A stretch of 64,000 nucleotides of DNA from a bacterium. Its GTDB lineage: Bacteria > UBA8248. The notes under the pieces were generated by a model. That model did not search any database. It was not told the DNA's origin and saw only the letters and a list, made by a program, of their open reading frames with translations. Made by a program: the position numbers and the translations under genes. Shown here in pieces: positions 62,133 to 64,000 of this stretch (the first letter of the stretch is position 1; each line of letters opens with the position of its first letter). The stretch spans positions 160,001-224,000 of the forward strand of contig CBDBZY010000016.1 in NCBI GenBank assembly GCA_965213685.1. Reading direction: 5' to 3'.

Positions 62133-62504
62133 GGGACGGAACGGGACGGGACGTCCCGATCTCGGGTTTTAGTTAATCAGCCGCGCACGTGAGGGTCTGG
62201 GCAAGAGATCGAGACTAGGTTTTAGTAACACCCACAGCGGCGGTACTAGACCTAGCATATTCTCGGTCTCGACTCGTCTACCTGCACATATTACTAGACA
62301 TCGATGTTCAAGTCTAAAGGCTGCTTCGCTTATCAAGAGACCAGCCAAGAACGTAAGATATATCACTGCTAGCCTACCCACTGCTACATGTACAGCCGTA
62401 GAGTGGTACGTCAGCAGTGTGGGGGAAGTACCTACCGTCGTTACGTGTGGACCGCAATGCGAAAGCTGATCAATTAGAGCCCACCAGTAGCTTTGCTCAT
62501 ATGC

Positions 62505-64000
62505 ATGGCTGCCTCTGGAGCCACAGCTGAGGATGATAGTGCCTCCTCCCTCACCCCTCAAGACCTCACCCTCCCTGGTAGGTCCCTCCCTCCTGCCATG
62601 CCCCTCATCATCTCCACCCAAGACAGCTGGGACCCTCACAGCTGCAAGCTGGAGACTCGCCAACACAACAGCCAACCACAACACCTACAGCTAGTCACAG
62701 ACACTCTACAACTGCTGGGAACCATCAACAAGCCTGTGGCTGTCCTGTCCATCTGTGGCCCCTACCGCTCGGGGAAGTCCTACTTCATCTCCCGACTGCT
62801 GGGCAGGCCTGGGGCCTTTCAGCTGGGCCACAGGATGCAAGCCTGTACGCGTGGAATCTGGATGGCCACCACTGTCCTGGAGTGTGAGCAGTTTGTCACA
62901 ATCCTGCTGGACACGGAAGGCATCGATGCCATTGGAGCCTCCGAGACCATGGCCATGAGCTTGCTGACTGTCACCACACTCCTCAGCTCCTACCTCATCT
63001 ACAACTCCATGAAGGTGCCCCAGAAGGTGGACCTGGACAAGATGAGGTGCTTCACCCAGCTCTCCAGGTCTCTGCTCATGCAGAAAGGGGAGTCCATGAG
63101 GGCAGAGGTCATGAGGAAGTTCTTCCCTCACTTTCTGTGGCTACTGCGAGACGTGACACTGAAAGTGACAGACAGAGCCGGCCAGACCATCTCGGCCACT
63201 GAGTTCCTGCACACTCGTGTGCTGGCATCCGAAGCTGGCCAGCCTACAGAGCTGGGCAAGTCTCTTTGCAGCCTCTTCCCCTCACTGGAATGCCACACTC
63301 TTCCCATGCCAAGCATCAACCCCAAAGTCATCAAGAACATTGTGGAGCAACAGGACAAGCTGAAACCAGCATTCAACAAGGCAGTGGATCAACTGATCCA
63401 GCGAATCCTGCAGCAAGTCACGCCCAAGAAAGCCATCGATGGAGTGAGTGTGGTGGATGGCCCAGCTCTAGCTGCTCTGACCTGTGGCTATGTGGATGCC
63501 ATCAACACACCAGGAGTAATACCAGACCTGGAACAAGGCTGGCAGGCCGTCATCAAGTGGAAACTGAAGGAACTATCAGACAAGCTAGTGGAGGAGTACA
63601 GGAGAGAGATGGAGGAATGTTTAGGAGACAATCTTCCCATGGAGGAGAGGAATCTGATGAGAATCCACGAACAGACACTGAGCAGGAAAAGGGAGTCACT
63701 GCAGCAGGAGATCCGTCGACTCAAGCCATTGAGTTCCACCTCTGGAGACAAAGACCCAATCCTGAGTCAATTGGAGCAGGCAATCAGTCAGACAAACGAG
63801 GGGGGCGAGGTGATTGGGGGGGTCCTGTTCCAGTTCACCACTCACAACTACTCCAAGTCCAAGCAGCAGTGTGAAGAGGTGCTGATGGAAGCAGTGAAGA
63901 GCAGTGGAATTCACAAGAAGTGTCAGGAAGCCTTCATCAACTCACAGCCACTGGACATAATGGCAGAGATATGGGATATTCATACACAATACTGCAAGCA
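62505..64000 (+). CDS. GBP-like GTPase, copy 6 (runs off the window end)
   Basis: MAASGATAEDDSASSLTPQDLTLPGR..GPYRSGKS..DTEG..LLRD; colinear with the other copies, no stop seen before 64000. Confidence 0.85.
   Translation, partial: MAASGATAEDDSASSLTPQDLTLPGRSLPPAMPLIISTQDSWDPHSCKLETRQHNSQPQHLQLVTDTLQLLGTINKPVAVLSICGPYRSGKSYFISRLLGRPGAFQLGHRMQACTRGIWMATTVLECEQFVTILLDTEGIDAIGASETMAMSLLTVTTLLSSYLIYNSMKVPQKVDLDKMRCFTQLSRSLLMQKGESMRAEVMRKFFPHFLWLLRDVTLKVTDRAGQTISATEFLHTRVLASEAGQPTELGKSLCSLFPSLECHTLPMPSINPKVIKNIVEQQDKLKPAFNKAVDQLIQRILQQVTPKKAIDGVSVVDGPALAALTCGYVDAINTPGVIPDLEQGWQAVIKWKLKELSDKLVEEYRREMEECLGDNLPMEERNLMRIHEQTLSRKRESLQQEIRRLKPLSSTSGDKDPILSQLEQAISQTNEGGEVIGGVLFQFTTHNYSKSKQQCEEVLMEAVKSSGIHKKCQEAFINSQPLDIMAEIWDIHTQYCK

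Overview
Eukaryotic (animal) genomic DNA with short GT-AG introns, dense (CA)n/(GA)n/(GGGA)n microsatellites and many MITEs. The Ig/FN3 style and repeats suggest a demosponge, but this is inference. The left 15 kb holds two single-copy minus-strand genes: a 9-exon Ig-Ig-FN3x3 single-pass receptor with NPxY motifs, and DNAAF2/kintoun. DNAAF2 lies head-to-head with an ICAP-1 (ITGB1BP1)-like PTB gene. From about 18 kb to the window end is a young segmental-duplication array of single-ORF guanylate-binding-protein (GBP)-like GTPases with an unusual architecture: GTPase, helical domain, FN3, C-terminal hydrophobic hairpin, acidic tail. There are 5 complete copies, 1 cut by the window edge, 3 orphan C-terminal cassettes and 1 N-terminal relic. 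The copies are near-identical except for a hypervariable membrane-anchor region and mosaic, conversion-like patches. Duplicated with them are intact ICAP-1-like copies, decayed 5' halves of DNAAF2 and orphan TMEM65-like last exons. Mobile elements include an intron-containing Ginger-like DDE integrase element, a Helitron-like relic, tRNA-derived SINEs and a TAG...CTA palindromic MITE family with 9-bp TSDs. All calls come from reading the sequence and recalled protein motifs; no searches were run and exon boundaries are approximate.
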